Source: Anthoceros angustus (Eukaryota > Plantae > Anthocerotophyta). From it: a stretch of DNA of 64,000 bases. The DNA lies in assembly GCA_010909165.1 (NCBI GenBank), contig VJWM01000025.1, positions 372,001 through 436,000 of the forward strand, in the 5' to 3' direction. Position 1 is the stretch's first letter. Every line of letters starts with the position of its first letter. A program made the position numbers and the translations under genes. The notes beneath the pieces were generated by a model, which made no database searches, had not been told where the DNA came from, and saw only the letters and a list, made by a program, of their open reading frames with translations. Shown here piece by piece: positions 11,878-28,636 of the stretch.

Positions 11878-14800
11878 TCAATGCCGATCCCCACAGGAGC
11901 AACACCCATCCACAAAATGGTGCACCCGATGTGCATCTCTGACTATGATCTCCCTCTTTTCAATCCTTGACAAAATCTTGGTTTGACCATGACAGTCATC
12001 ACACATGCGGATGTTCTTCGTGACCCGTAGAGTTGTGCAGTCTGGGGTGTTCAGCAAACCATAGGCCACTGCTAGTTTTTCTGCATGCCCACAGAAGGCA
12101 TCTTCATCCTTTCCATCAGACAAAAACTCTAGCACAGTCTCCTTGGGACCTCCGCTGCCTCTTCCTTCCTTTGACTGCATGTTCACACTCCTCATTTTGG
12201 ACGTGATGTCATCTCTTTCCTCCCCTACTGTGAAGGCATGAACCTTGCTGTTCACTTCAATCCACGCCCTTGCAGGTTTCTTGCAAGCGCCTGCCAATTT
12301 CCTCAAGCTTTCTATGCTCACTGCTTCTCCCTTCCTACCAGCATTCGCATAGATGCTCGACAATAGAATGTAGGCAGCAGCATTTTGAGGATCCATTTTA
12401 GTAATCGTGTCAAAACATCGCCGTCCACGCTCCACATCATCGTGTCTTTTGCATGCACTCAGCAAACATGTCCATCCCACCACATTGTCGTGAAACGGCA
12501 TTGTTTGCAGCACCTTCTCAGCATCTTCCAGCCAGCCCGATCGTCCAAAAACATCAACCATACAGTTGTAGTGATACAGACTAGGGGTGATTCCATGCTC
12601 TTCCACCATTGCCTTGAAAAACTGTTCTCCCTCATTCACCAAGCCATCCCGACTGCATGCCGTGAGAAGACCCAGAAAGGTAGCATCATCAGGCTCAACA
12701 CCATGTTGCTGCATTTCTTCAAAACAGCGAATCGCCATTTGCCCGTCGCTATGTTGGCCATAGCCATTGAGCAGAGCATTCCATGTCACCACGTTTTTCG
12801 TGGGCATTCTGTCAAACACCCTACGGGCATCCTCCAAGCTCCCGCATTTAGCATACATGTCCACCAGGCCATTACCCACAACCACATCACCTTCAAGTCC
12901 CATCTCCTGAATTTCACAGTGCAGCTGTTTACCGTGACCTAGAGCTCCAATGCTGGCACAGGCTTTCAAAAGTGATACAAATGTGGTAGCAGTCACTGGA
13001 GTATTGTCCTCCTGCTGCATGGCAGAGTAAAGGGCGAGAGCTTCTTGGCCAAGTCCCTGCTGAGCGTATCCTGCAAGCATGGCGTTCCATGTGACCACAT
13101 CTCTACTAGAGAGGGCATCAAACATGCTTCGAGCGTCCTCCAGGCTCCCACATTTTGCAAAGCCTGCTAGCATAGTAGTCCATGACACAACATTTCTGGT
13201 CTGCAGATTCTCAAATGCACTACGAGCATCCTCTAGGCTACCACACTTGGCATACATATCAACCAGGCTGCTACCGACAACCACATCAGCTTCCAGTCCC
13301 TGTTCTTGCAGCAGAGAGTGGAGCTCCTTGCCCTCGCGCAGAGCTCCAACACTGGCACAAGCTTTCAGCAGACACACAAATGTAGAACGGTCAGCTGGTG
13401 TGATGCCTTCCTGTTGCATACCTGCGTAGAGTGAAAGAGCCTCTTGACCCAGACCATGCTGAGCATATCCAGCAATCATTGCATTCCAGGTGACCACATC
13501 CTTTGTAGGCAATCTGTCAAACACTCTGCGGGCATCCTCTAAGCTCCACACTTAGCATACATGTCCACCAGGCCATTACCCACAACCACATCACCTTCAA
13601 GTCCCATCTCCTGAATTTCACAGTGCAGCTGTTTACCGTGACCTAGAGCTCCAATGCTGGCACAGGCTTTCAAAAGTGATACAAATGTGGTAGCAGTCAC
13701 TGGAGTATTGTCCTCCTGCTGCATGGCAGAGTAAAGGGCGAGAGCTTCTTGGCCAAGTCCCTGCTGAGCGTATCCTGCAAGCATGGCGTTCCATGTGACC
13801 ACATCTCTACTAGAGAGGGCATCAAACATGCTTCGAGCGTCCTCCAGGCTCCCACATTTTGCAAAGCCTGCTAGCATAGTAGTCCATGACACAACATTTC
13901 TGGTCTGCAGATTCTCAAATGCACTACGAGCATCCTCTAGGCTACCACACTTGGCATACATATCAACCAGGCTGCTACCGACAACCACATCAGCTTCCAG
14001 TCCCTGTTCTTGCAGAGAGTGGAGCTCCTTGCCCTCGCAGAGCTCCAACACTGGCACAAGCTTTCAGCAGACACACAAATGTAGAACGGTCAGCTGGTGT
14101 GATGCCTTCCTGTTGCATACCTGCGTAGAGTGAAAGAGCCTCTTGACCCAGACCATGCTGAGCATATCCAGCAATCATTGCATTCCAGGTGACCACATCC
14201 TTTGTAGGCAATCTGTCAAACACTCTGCGGGCATCCTCTAAGCTCCCACATTTGGCATACATATCCACCAAGCTGTTACCAACAACCGCATCAGCTTCAA
14301 GCCCCCTCTCCTGAACCTGGCAATGAAGCTCCTTACCTAGATTTAGAGCTCCAACAGCAGCACATGCTTTCAGCAGGCATACGAATGTGACATGATCGGC
14401 TGGAGTGATGCCCTCAGCATGCATGGATGAGAAAAGAGAAAGTGCCTCTTGACCACGTCCATACCTAGCATAGCCCGCAATCATGGCATTCCATGTTACC
14501 ACGTCTTTCGTTGGCAAGGTGTCAAAAACTCTGCGAGCATCCTCTAAGCTCCCACACTTAGCATACATGTCTATCAGACAGTTGGCGACAAAAATGTTGG
14601 GCTCCTGTACACTGCCCAAAACATCAGCATGGACCTGCTTGCCGGAAGGTAAATCTTCTGCGGTGGAACACGCTTTGAGGACTGCTACAAATATGTGGTT
14701 GTCTGGCTTGACAGTGGACTTGGGCATCTGCTGATATAATTTCACAGCCTGAGCAGGCTGACCATTTTCAGCATGCGCCAAAATGATGGAAGCCCACATG

Positions 14801-15091
14801 AAGGGGTCTTGGGCAGGCATGCTGGTAAACACCTGCCTCGCTTGTTGCAGCCTCCCGTGGGCAGCATACATCCGGATGAAGTGGTTGGCCAAGAAGGAGT
14901 TTGACTCCTGGCCACATTGTGAAGCGAGGGCATGAAGATGCGAGCCAGCACTCAAGTCTTTTTCCGCAATGCACCGCATGAGGAGGCCATAGAAGACAGA
15001 TGTCGGTATGTGAGATCCTCCATGCACGAGAAGATCCAACACCTGGATGGCCTCACTCAGCTTCCCTTCACCTACATTGCTCCAGTCCAGC
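11878..15091 (-). CDS. PLS-class PPR protein with E1/E2 and DYW:KP (DRH) deaminase-type domain, candidate organellar U-to-C editing factor; apparent frameshifts in a duplicated block; 5' exon(s) probably further upstream (about 15300-15720)
   Basis: P-L-S triplets ([13 protein letters not shown].., TFVCLLKAC.., [21 protein letters not shown]), one SS repeat, KKPARAWIEV, CGHAEKLA, CDDCH and terminal CSCGDRH. The frame extends upstream to an acceptor TTTGCAG near 15092. Confidence 0.9.
12848..14250. repeat. About 705-bp tandem duplication inside the PPR array
   Basis: 12848-13551 and 13552-14250 are nearly identical; 1-, 2- and 3-bp deletions in the right copy and at the junction cause the split ORFs. 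Confidence 0.9.
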
Positions 15092-15833
15092 CTGCAAAGT
15101 TCAGGTCAAGTGTCAAGCACAAGGCGAGGAAAGCATGAAAGGAGGAGGGAAGTACGGGGCAGACCTCCCACAGGGTTGACGATGGTCCAGCGATAATTGC
15201 CCCGATGCGGTTGTGGACGGATGGGGAGACAGGTTCTTCCACCAGGAGAGCTCGCCTGAGGGCTGGTGGACCAGAGACTTGTGAGGCAGCAACACGTACC
15301 TCGATGAGGCCGGCTCTGCTGCAGCAAATCAGCTACACATGAGAATGGTCCTGTGGAGAGCAGATTGGTGTGGAGAAGGCAGAGGTAGGTAGCTCACCGG
15401 GGCTAAGTTGATCTGTAGGTGCGACTCCTGCTCCAGTCCCTGCCCCTGCCCTTAACGATGACAGATGTCTGCACCAGTCCTCAGCACTGAGTTTGCTTGG
15501 GACCAGGCACCCGGCAACCAAGTGGGTCCTTGTCTTCAACATTCGGTCTGGGACAGGAGCAGGGTCAGGATGAGGCCAGCCGCCTCTGCTTCCTTCGCTG
15601 ATGAAACCCGCAACTGCGATCCATCCCTGAACGGTATCGGGCTTGCCCTGCGTCTGAGAGCACTTGCTGCTTTACGCCAATATACAGAACGGTTTTGTGT
15701 GCTTCCTTTCACCTGTGGCATGCCGAGCTAAAAGTCCACCCACCTTGCGGGGCGTGAAGGGAAGAGGGTGAACATGTAACCTCCTCTCCCAGGGGATGCT
15801 GGCTGTTCTTCTGAGGCTTCTGAGCTTGAGGTC

Positions 15834-16950
15834 ATGTTGCCTCGAGCGGGACTTGGAGCTGCAGAAGCTGATGCAGATGAGGACGACTACATGGGCGATC
15901 TGGGCCGCTTTCTGGGACCCGAACATCTACAACCGCCTCCGGAGCCTGCACCGGTTTGTTTCTCTTCGGTCTGCTGTGCCCTCTCAACGTGATGCACGGT
16001 CCTTCCAGATGTGACAAGGCTTGCGGCTTGGTGTGTGATGAGTGGCAGGTCGACAGCAAGAGGAAGTTGAGCCGCAAGGAGAAGAAGAAAGCCAAGGATG
16101 AACAAATCAAGGTTTCCGAGGCTGAGCAAAGAACAGAGGGCCTGAAAGCCGCCATCCCTTCCACCAACATCGGCTTCAAGATGTTGCAGCAGATGGGATA
16201 CACCCCCGGGGCTGCCCTCGGGAAGCACGGGCAAGGGTCTCTGGAACCCATCAACGTGGAACTGAAAACGTCAAGGACGGGCTTGGGCCGGGATGACTTG
16301 CTGCAACGACAGGAGATGCTGAGACTCAAAGTGGCAGCCTTGGAGGCTGACAGCAAAAGGAAGAGAGACCAGGACCTCAAACTTGATTTCCATGGTCGAA
16401 GAAAGGGATCCTGGCAGAAGAGAAAAATCACGTCTGACTACAGGAAGGCCTGTGCAACTCTTGCCCAGCTGGAAGAACGGCAAAGCCGTGGGAAAGGAGT
16501 TGAGCCCAGTTCCGAGGAAAAGGAGTGTACAAGTCCTGGAAAGTCCAAGGAAGATGACACTGATGACCAAGCAGAAGCAGGAGGAGGAGGAGAGGAAGAA
16601 GAAATCACCGAGGAGGTAACAGCATCAGCTTACCAAAACAACACCTTGATCATCAGTGTCCCTCACATGTGTGCTTTGAATCGTGCTGCCAGCAACTGGA
16701 GGAGATTTTAACGAGACTACGAAGCCAGTTTTCGTATTGCTTGTACTGTGGTTATCAGGTGACGTAGTTCTTGTCTTGTTCACCTTGCTTCTTCTTCTAG
16801 AAGCCACTAGGAGGGCCAGGGCCAGGCAAGCTCGTGCATGATTTTGGCCTCATGCATGCATGATCTTGAGTGTTGGTGTGTCGTGTGCAGTATGATTCAG
16901 CTGAAGCCATGCTTGCAAACTGTCCTGGACTCGAAGAGGAGGCGCATTAA
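15834..16950 (+). CDS. GPATCH11: G-patch domain protein (GPATCH11/CCDC75-like), 4 exons: about 15834-15953, 16049-16615, 16693-16758, 16891-16950
   Basis: N-terminal EDDYMGDL, G-patch NIGFKMLQQMGYTPGAALGKHGQGSLEPI..RTGLG, C-terminal LRSQFSYCLYCG-Y..CPG (DUF4187-like); GT-AG introns. Confidence 0.85.
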
Positions 16951-17650
16951 TTAGGTCATGGAGAAAGCTGGTGTCCTTCCGAGAAAGTTAAGGGGTGGAG
17001 CAGCACTGTTGTTCCAGGGTAAGTGGCGCCCTGCCTTCGCATCGCACCTCGCACCCTGCACGTTCAAGCAACCATGCAATGGATGCTAATTTGAGGAGTT
17101 GCCCACCATTTTCAGATCGCGTTGGGCCTCTCTCTCTTTGCTTTCGTGTCGAGTGGCGACGAGGCCGCCAGGACAGCTCTATTGCTACTTTCGATGTCTG
17201 CCGACGTGAGCTCACGTTTCAGACATTACGTGCGCAAGCTGCGGCCGGCCCAAATCGGGAGGGATTCGGGGGAGCACTGGTGCTGGCTGTTACACCAAAC
17301 ACACACTGTGTTCTCTACTTCCGTGTATGCCTCTCCAGCCGACAGGAAGCTTACTGAACCAAGTTTCTAGGTGCACAAATCCAGGGACCACAACGAGACA
17401 AACACGGACTTCATCATGCTGCACAAGACTGTGTCATCGGGCCACAAAACTGTGTCATCGGGCCACAAGACTCGGACCGAGGCAAGAAGGCGAAAGGACT
17501 GCTTGGATGAATCGTGCGCTGCTCAAGTGGGCAGCGAGAGATGAAATTAACACATCGAGATCCACTACGCTCGAAGGGGCCGGAGAGGCCCCAAAAAAAT
17601 TGTGACCAGCTTCAAGTACGTAGAACTAGGTGGTGTGAACAATTTTGTCA

Positions 17651-19440
<1,790 letters not shown>

Positions 19441-19844
19441 GCCGCCGCCGCCGCAGTGCGAGGTGCTGCCGGTGAGGCAGCAGCAGGCAGGTGGGACAGG
19501 ACGGGACGGGACGGACGGGACGACGGGACGGGGCAGGCCGGCAGGCAGGGACAGCAGCAGCCCGCAGTCAGCCAGCCAGCAGCTCCTTGACAGGGACTCG
19601 CACGAATATGTATCTCAACACATTGCTCTCCGCAAGCCCGCCTTTTTCATCTTGCCTCGCAATATCGTTTAGATACTAGGTATTACGATTAAGCTCAGCT
19701 CGCAGCTCACGCATATCCAATCAAATCACATCGCCGCGAAAACAACGCGGAGCGCGTCCACGCCTCCCATCAGCTTGCCCCACAATCTTTTCACACAAAA
19801 TCTTTTTAGAGAATGATGAGAGATTTATAAAAGAATGAATGTTA

Positions 19845-21080
<1,236 letters not shown>

Positions 21081-22229
21081 AAGAGAAGAGGGGTCACGAA
21101 GACCGCAACCCAAAGACCAAAAGTGCAAAAATAGGTTAAGCTAGCAGCAAGCATGGGCCCCAAGCAAATCCTAAGCACAAAATGAAGAAGAGCCCACAGC
21201 AAGCTACGACCCCTACCGAGTGGGAATTAGCTGAGTTTCCTCAACCAGGATGGAAGAATGCCAAGGGCAGACAAAAACGGGGTACCGACACTATTCAGTT
21301 GCCCAATGAAACTCTCACAATGGCAAAGAAGGCTGTTGAACGCGGCCAGCTGCTCGAACCACAAGGATCCCTCCAAAAAACCCTGGAAAAGAGGGGCCTT
21401 AACATGGACAAACTCCTGCAGCCAGGGTAACGTGGGGGAATGGTTCTTCATCTTCTCGTCCAAGAGGATCAATGCCTTCTTCAAAGAAAGGAGCCACTTC
21501 ATCGATCTCGAACATCAAATGCGTAGTAGCACATAACTTGGACGTGAGCCTGCCCTGATGGTGCCATGGGAAGGAGTCCACATGCAAGCGGCTTTGGACA
21601 TGTAGCAAGAACTGTTGAATCATCTGTAGCTAGAGGCGATGATCCAAGACCTCCTGCCAATTGGGGACCTCCCCCCATTTTCAACTGTTCTCGGATCACC
21701 GTCTCCTTGCTGGTGACCCCATCACCAAGGTCAAACGTGACCTTTTTCTTCTTCTCTGAACACCTTGTAGCTCACAGTGCATAGGTCTTCACATCAGATA
21801 CATCTAAATCCTCCTCCATTGGCGCTATACGACCCATCATATTGGCAAGCTCCTTATATAGCTTTCCTACCTGCCCATCAACACCAACTGCGTCAGAGCG
21901 TGCTTGCCCTTTTCTGCCTTTGCTCCTAACATTTCCTTTGGCTTGAGTTTCGGGTGTGCCTCCCAGTAGGCCGCTTCAACGTGTCCCCACCAGTTGCATG
22001 CTTTGCATGCCTCCTTCCCCTTCGGACCTCCAGGATGGTAGTCACACTCAAACGCTTTATATGGGCATCTGCATCTCTCACACTTCACAGACATAGTAGC
22101 AACATTGTTAACAAGCCTCTCCTTGGTTGGCATTGCTCCCTTACTTTGTCCAGATGACTGTCCATGATCCATGTACCCAGACCGCTGTTGGTATTTTGAG
22201 TACCCTTGATATCGAGCCCTACTGCTCCT

Positions 22230-25200
22230 AACACGATAATTTTTGAAGGGGATATCGGCCTTCCCGAGAACGACACCCCTTGTCACGAAGAACACCTTAC
22301 CTAGAACAGCATATGTGCCCTACTTTGATAATGCACACACCCTTTACGAGGTCATATCTTTGATAAAAGATGCACTTCAAGTCTACACCCGAGAACTGGA
22401 GCATGAGGGTGTGGGCCCGCTTATGCTTTAGTAGAATGCATAGAGGGCTGCCATTTTCATATGTTTATTACAACCGAAAACTTTTACTTTCAAGTGGTGG
22501 AACACAATGAAAACAATCACTAGCGGAGTCTCATTTAAGTGGTCGTGAGAACATTGCAACAAACAAGCTGAAGGAGGAAGTGGTCATCAAGATCGACAAT
22601 AGCCATTCAAGAGTGCGGCTGGCGACTCATCCATGCCTTGCGCCAAATCGAGTCAAGTACCACCGCCATATTCGAGGCGGTCCATATCCTCCGCCTCGAA
22701 GTTGTCGCTCTCCTCCATTGCTTGCTCGCCTTCAATAGTATCATTCTTGGGCCCGTCGACGGTGTCGATCGCCACACAAGATCTAGGGTCTCACGACCTC
22801 ATCCAAAAGGTCGCCACCGTGGTCTTCAACCTTCCGCACTCAATGCAACCACTTGGGCTTTAAGGCAATGCCAACGTCCTTAAAATGAACAAAGTTAGTT
22901 GCCCATGCGCCCATGCAAGCATCCTTAAAATCAACAAAATTGAATTGAGGAGGCACGAGGTTTGAACACAAACCTATTCATTACTACACTTATTTCCCAA
23001 ACACTAGACCAACAATCCATGGTTGATACCTTGAGGCGCTAAATATTTATTTTCTGAAGACAGTTTGAGGAGGGCGCTGGCCGGCGCCATGGGCGGTGTG
23101 CTAGGGGCGCCGGCCGGCGCCCATGGGCAGGGTGTGGGGGGCGCGGCCGGCGCCATGGGCGGTGTGCTAGGGGCGCCGGCCGGCGCCCATGGGTGGTGTG
23201 CTAGGAGGCGCGCCGGCGCCATGGGCGGTGTGCTAGGGGAGGGCGCGGCCGGCCGCCCATGGGCAGTGTGCTAGGGAGGCGCCGGCCGCCCATGGGCGGT
23301 GTGCTAGGGGCGCCGGCCGCGCCCATGGGTAGGGTGTTAGGGGAGGGCGCGCCGGCGCCCATGGGCGTGGTGTTAGGGGAGGGCGCGGCCGGCCGGCGCC
23401 CATGAGCAGACATGGGGAGGCGCCGGCCGGCGCCTCCCTTAGCACCATCCTACTGCATACGGTGAAGCTAGGGGGACAAGAAGGAACGGCAGTATCCTAT
23501 CACCGATGGAAGGTGTGGCCCATTTGTGAAGGGTTAAAAGATTTGCATCCATAGGTGACCTGAAGAGTATAAGTGGTGGGAAGCCTTGGACCGGAAGGAG
23601 ATTGCTATCGCTAGGAGAATAACATTGGGCTAGTGCTACATTCTTGGGCCCGGCGCCATGGGCGGTGTGCTAGGGAGGCGCCACCGACATCTAGGGTCTG
23701 ACCCTCATCCAAAAGGTCGCCGATCGTGGTCTTCAACTTGCTCTTGGGCTTTAAGGCAATGCCAACGTCCTTAAAATGAACAAAGTTAGTTGCCCATGCG
23801 CCCATGCAAGCATCCTTAAAATCAACAAAATTGAACTTGTTGAGGAGGCACGAGGTTTGAACACGAAACCTATTCGTTACTACACTTATTTCCCAAACAC
23901 TAGACCAACAGTCCATGGTTGATACTCTTGAGGCGCTAAATATTTATTTTTGAAGACAGCCTAGGAGGAGGCGCCGGCCGGCCCATGGGGTGTGCTAGGG
24001 GCGCCGGCCCATGGGCGGTGTGCTGGGGAGGCGGCCGGCCCATGGGCGGCGGCGTGTTGGGGGCGGCCGTGGCCGGCGCCATGGGCAGTGTGCTAGGGGC
24101 GCGGCCGGCGCCCATGGGCGGTGTGCTAGGGAGGCCGGCCATGGGCAGGTGTGCTAGGGAGGCGCCGGCCGGCGCCCATGGCGGGCGTGTTGGGGGCGCC
24201 GGCCGGCGCCATGGCGGTGTGCTAGGGGAGGCGTGGCCCGGCCATGGGCAGTGTGCTAGGGAGGCCGGCCATGGGCGGTGTGCTAGGGGAGGCGGCCGGC
24301 GCCCTCCTCATCCTCTGTGCATGGGTGAAGCTAGGGGGACAAGAAGGGCAGCGGTATCCTATCACCGATGGAAGGTGTGGCCCATTTGTGAAGGGTTAAA
24401 AGATTTGCATCCATAGGTATTGAAGAGTATAAGTGGTGGGAAGCCTTTGTTGGACGGAAGGAGATTGCTATCGTTGTGGAGAATAACATTGGGCTAGTGC
24501 TACACGTCCTTGGAAGTGGTTTTCACGTGCGAAGTGGATCATACTGACTGACCACTTCAAGTGCGGATGAAGCTTTGCTAGATGAGGCATTATTGAGGAC
24601 CTCCCACGTGATATGTATTTGGGGCATATCAAAATGCGGAAGGCAATCTGGAAATGGCACGATGAATGGGGACATAACGGAACCGAGAGGGATGTTTCGG
24701 CTGCAATACGGACATGCATAGGCCATTACGGATTGGGAGGTCATTGACGTGAAGCTAAACGCACCACGACCTCACTTTCTTATCCACTAGTATCGGACCG
24801 AGCACATAGATGCGTATGAAGGAGATATGTGCAGAACACATAGTCCGCCAGTGGTAACCCATCCGTCCAATGCCGAGGAAAAAGGGAATAAGATCCATTA
24901 CCTAAAAACATACAGAGGTATTTGTGAATGAAAACAACATCCTCAGACATGGGTTTGTGTTGAACGACTAAACATCCTGTGGACAAAAAGCGATAAGGGA
25001 TAAGCTCATGAGTTGCGTGGCTTCATACAACTGCGAGTGAAAGTGTCAAAGATAGTGATGACAATGGAGGAGAAGTCGGACCAAGTGATGACGATGGATT
25101 GAACTCGGGATGAGTGAAATCAAATCTGCTTTTTCCCGGGTCCCAGAGTTAATGTTGTAAGTCCTATTATGTTTCGTGTTAGGAAATACCGTCTGTGGCT

Positions 25201-25501
25201 TTTGTGGTGTCATAACAAAACCACATTTCCATCCCAAAGCGAGTTCTGATCGTCCTGCCCGGCAGAACGGCCTTCCTCACCGCTCCTACTTTGCATCATT
25301 CCCTAGGTTCGAGTTTGCGACCACCATTCGACACAAACATTGCCGGATGGAAAGTAGTAACTTTACCGGTGACACCTTTTTTCGAGTCGCTTTTCAATGC
25401 CTTCAAAACGCTGTTTTAGGGCCCATCAAAAACCCCCTTCAGAGATTATTTGCGGAAAACCCCCTTTGAGATTATTCACCCCCTTCAAAAATTATCGTGT
25501 T
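22230..25501 (+). mobile_element. Non-autonomous DNA transposon copy A (3272 bp), TIR AACACGATAATTTTTGAAGGGG, 4-bp TSD TCCT
   Basis: 22-bp terminal inverted repeats; TCCT at 22226-22229 and 25502-25505; subterminal repeats and an internal GC-rich minisatellite. Strand is arbitrary. Confidence 0.9.
23070..24310. repeat. GC-rich about 30-35 bp minisatellite arrays (GGGCGGTGTGCTAGGGG..GCCGGCCGGCGCCCAT) at about 23070-23440 and 23965-24310
   Basis: Visible repeats; the reverse-complement array is at about 30720-31100 in copy B. Confidence 0.85.
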
Positions 25502-26379
25502 TCCTTATCAAGTTGTGCTCCTCCCAGTAAACGTTGGTGAAAGCATCACCCTTGAGCACCTTCTCAGCTATTTGGTAAACATCCATCAGTTGATACGTCT
25601 CACCATACAAAGAATGCACAGAGTCTGCTACCTTCCTACGTTGCCTATGAGGCAGTGCTGCCATGAATATTTCGGTTGGCTCCATGATAGTCTTCACCCT
25701 AGTGTCTTTAATCAGTTGTGGCAACCTCAGATATGCTAACCTCAGAGGTTAATTCGGCTTGATCACGAACTTAGACAACTCCTGGATCTTCTCTAACGAT
25801 GAAGTGGATAACATATCTTTGAACCTTTTGAACATGATGTTCACCATGTAGTCCACTGCACCTGCCTTCGATGGCTGAACAATCTTCCCCTTCTCAACAA
25901 TTTTCTCCTTCTCTTTCTGACGTTCCTTCCCTGCAGCCAGCACCGTGTCCTTGATTTCTCTATAGTACATTGAGTGCTTCTCCTACCATGGATGATGTCA
26001 TCTTCAAAATGGCCATCTCTGTAGTGAATTCGTCTTTATACTTCAACTTCATTTCAGCAATGTTCCACCAGAATTTCTCTTCATTTCTCAATGTAGAAAG
26101 TGTGGGAGAGCATAGCACCTGCAGAGTTCTTGCCTATTTGTTGCGTAGCAACGAACAGGAATTCTAGCAGGGGAAGATGTCACTCTCTTGCCACACTTCA
26201 CCCTTCCCATGTCACAGCTTGTGATCAATAACACACATAGCAACCAGTAGTGTTGTCGATGGAGTGCCCTTCTCTTTGATCACCAAGTCTCGGATAACAC
26301 CATTGTTAGAATCAGCCTTCTACTCAGAAAGAAAGGGAAGCTTGGATATTCTCACTGAATTCCTGAGTTGGAACTTTCC

Positions 26380-26760
26380 CTTGTACTTTGCTGCAACCAG
26401 ACCTGCAAATGGAACTCTCTGAAGACCATATATATACATGTGGGCTGCAGCAAAGAAGAGAGTGGTTACCTTGCTGAAAGAGGATTTTCCATCACCAGCC
26501 TAGGGGTCCGAAGGGGAAGGAGGCGTACAAAGCATGCAACCGGTGGGGACATGTTGAACCGGCCTGCTGGAAGGGACCCCCGGAACTCAAGCCAAAGGAA
26601 ATGTCAGGAGCAAAGGTAGAAAAGGGCAAGTACCCTCCGACATGGAAGGCATTGATGGGGCAGGTAGAAAAGCTACAGAAAAAGCTTGCGAGCATGATGG
26701 GGACCATATAGCGCCAATGGAAGAGGATTCAAATGAATCTGATGTGGAGACCTATGCAAT
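26380..26760 (+). mobile_element. Second gag fragment of the same LTR family, opposite orientation
   Basis: Encodes YKACNRWGHVEPACWKGPPELKPKEMSGAKVEKG; reverse-complement paralog of about 21776-22040. Confidence 0.7.
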
Positions 26761-26827
26761 GTAATTCCATGATTCAATTTGTAAATCTGGACAAGCGATG
26801 CCTCTCACAGTGTGCCCACGGATCATG

Positions 26828-26960
26828 GCTCTGATACCATGTAGATTTTAGTGACTACTCACATATGCTCATAGCTCACACACTCTATAGATACACTTAC
26901 GATAGATTGATTCAAGAACGCACACACAATATTTTATGAACGAACGGTTATTGTAACTAA
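26828..26960 (-). mobile_element. tRNA-iMet primer-binding site (TGGTATCAGAGC) next to an LTR 3' end (..CTACA)
   Basis: GCTCTGATACCA at 26828-26839 followed directly by TGTAG on the + strand. LTR extent is approximate. Confidence 0.65.
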
Positions 26961-27149
26961 CGACCAACTGCCGGCTTAGCTGGTGTTCAGCAATGAACTA
27001 ACCTAATTACTAAAAATTATTTATTAAATAGTTTATGAAGAACCTAAGCTCAATTTGTGAACCCTTGTATGAGATCCTGAAGAACAAAGTTGGATAACGC
27101 TGGGATCAAGATCAGGAGTTGGCTTGGTAGGATATCAGGGATCAGTTGG

Positions 27150-28190
27150 CAAAGAAGCCATATTGCTCAGAACGGACTTTGAGGCTCTGTTTGTACTGTA
27201 TATAGATTGGAGCATCGCAGGCATAGGCGCAGTGCCATCTCAAGTTTATGCAGAGGGGATATAGTGAGCTGTGGCATATGCCAGTAGGTCGAACAACTCA
27301 GTGGAGATGAATTACTCTTTGTACGAGGGTGAGTACTTGGCTGCAGTTTGGGCAGTGCTGCATTTCTCGTGTATCTTTTTGGTAGAAGGTTTCAGTTGGT
27401 AACAGATTACTAACCACTTCATTGGCTTATGACTAACATGAAACGTTAACTAAGTGGAAAGTTGGCAAGAAGGGCACTTTTGCTTTCTGAATATGACATG
27501 GAGATTGTCCACAGAGCAGGGAAGGTGCATCATAATGCAAATGGATTGAGTCGCAATCTGTTGCAAGATGATAGCGATGCCATTGGAGCTTGACAAGATG
27601 TTAGTCGAGCAGAAGCAATGCTTGGTATAAAAGACAACATAGATGCAACTCGCAATTTGGCAGAGTCGGCCCGAGATATCTGGAAACATGCTTCCGCAAT
27701 ACAATTATTGAAGGAAGGGCATGTCGAAGGCATTTCTCCAGCTCAATTATCACAGTTGGAATGTCGAATTGCCAGGTATACGTGGCAGGCGGGCAAACTA
27801 TTGATGCAGGAAGGAGAGCTTGTGAGGGAGGTTCCTCCTCTTGATGCAAGAAATGGCATTGTGCTCAAGGTTCATGAAACTATGGGAACATTTTGGAGTC
27901 AAGAGGACTCATCACATGCTCAAGACCACGTATTCCTAGTGTGGCATGTATGCCGATGTGGAGCGAATTGTGGCCAGGTGCTCAGCTTGTGACGCTATCA
28001 ACGCTAGATTTAACATACAAGACGTGGTGCTTCACTCGTTCCCATCAGAGGTTTGTTTTTTAGATGGTCTGTAAACCTCATGCCTGGGTTGTTTTTTACT
28101 CATCAAGAAAATCGGCACTGTTTGGTGATGATGGAACACTTCTCAAGGTGGGTTGAAGTGGCGTTCTTGCCGATGAGAGCATCTAAGTAT
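27150..28190 (+). mobile_element. Degenerate Ty3/Gypsy pol fragment (RNase H, integrase zinc finger, start of integrase core)
   Basis: FVLYIDWS..GIGAV, VAYASRSNN..E.NYS.YEGE.LAAVWAV, GKLAR..LLSEYDMEIVHRAGKVHHNANGLSR, HETMGHFG..RT, VMMEHFSRWVEV; stops and frameshifts. Confidence 0.85.
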
Positions 28191-28636
28191 AACAATCTTG
28201 TGCGCGCCGAGAAGATAAATTCTTGGATAACGTTGGGTAGTTAAAATTAGCAGCTACTATAACGGGTCAAATCTGTCACCATAATCATGTTTATATATTT
28301 TAACCTTCAAACCTCGAGGGACAAGGCTGGATAGTATAAAGCTCTCCTTACTCTTAGAAAACCTTGGCAGTTGGTGCGAAGTGCCAAGATGTGCCGAAAT
28401 GCAGAGCGCTTCTCCAACCTACTCCTGCGCTCGCAGGTCGCAAGGGCGAGTGCAAGGCCAAGGGGGACAACGATGGACAGGGACTGGTGACACTGAATCA
28501 CGCAAGGATGATTTGCAGCCAGCAGCCTCGTCCTCATATTATGGTTCGTCGTGCAAGATGGAGAAGGTGACAATCATGGATACCACTCCGGATCATACAC
28601 TTCAACAGAGGGACATTGTCATAGACACAACTCCAG

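Larger units (their letters stand above)
21600..26300 (-). mobile_element. Degenerate LTR-retrotransposon gag region, interrupted by the TIR element at 22230-25501
   Basis: Zinc-knuckle-like CKACNWWGHVEAAYW. Removing the insertion and one TSD joins ..HNLIR|SSRARYQG.. in frame. Confidence 0.6.

Noticed and set aside
23004-24416. Gly/Ala/Pro-rich ORFs
   Set aside because: Translations of the GC-rich minisatellite within the TIR element.
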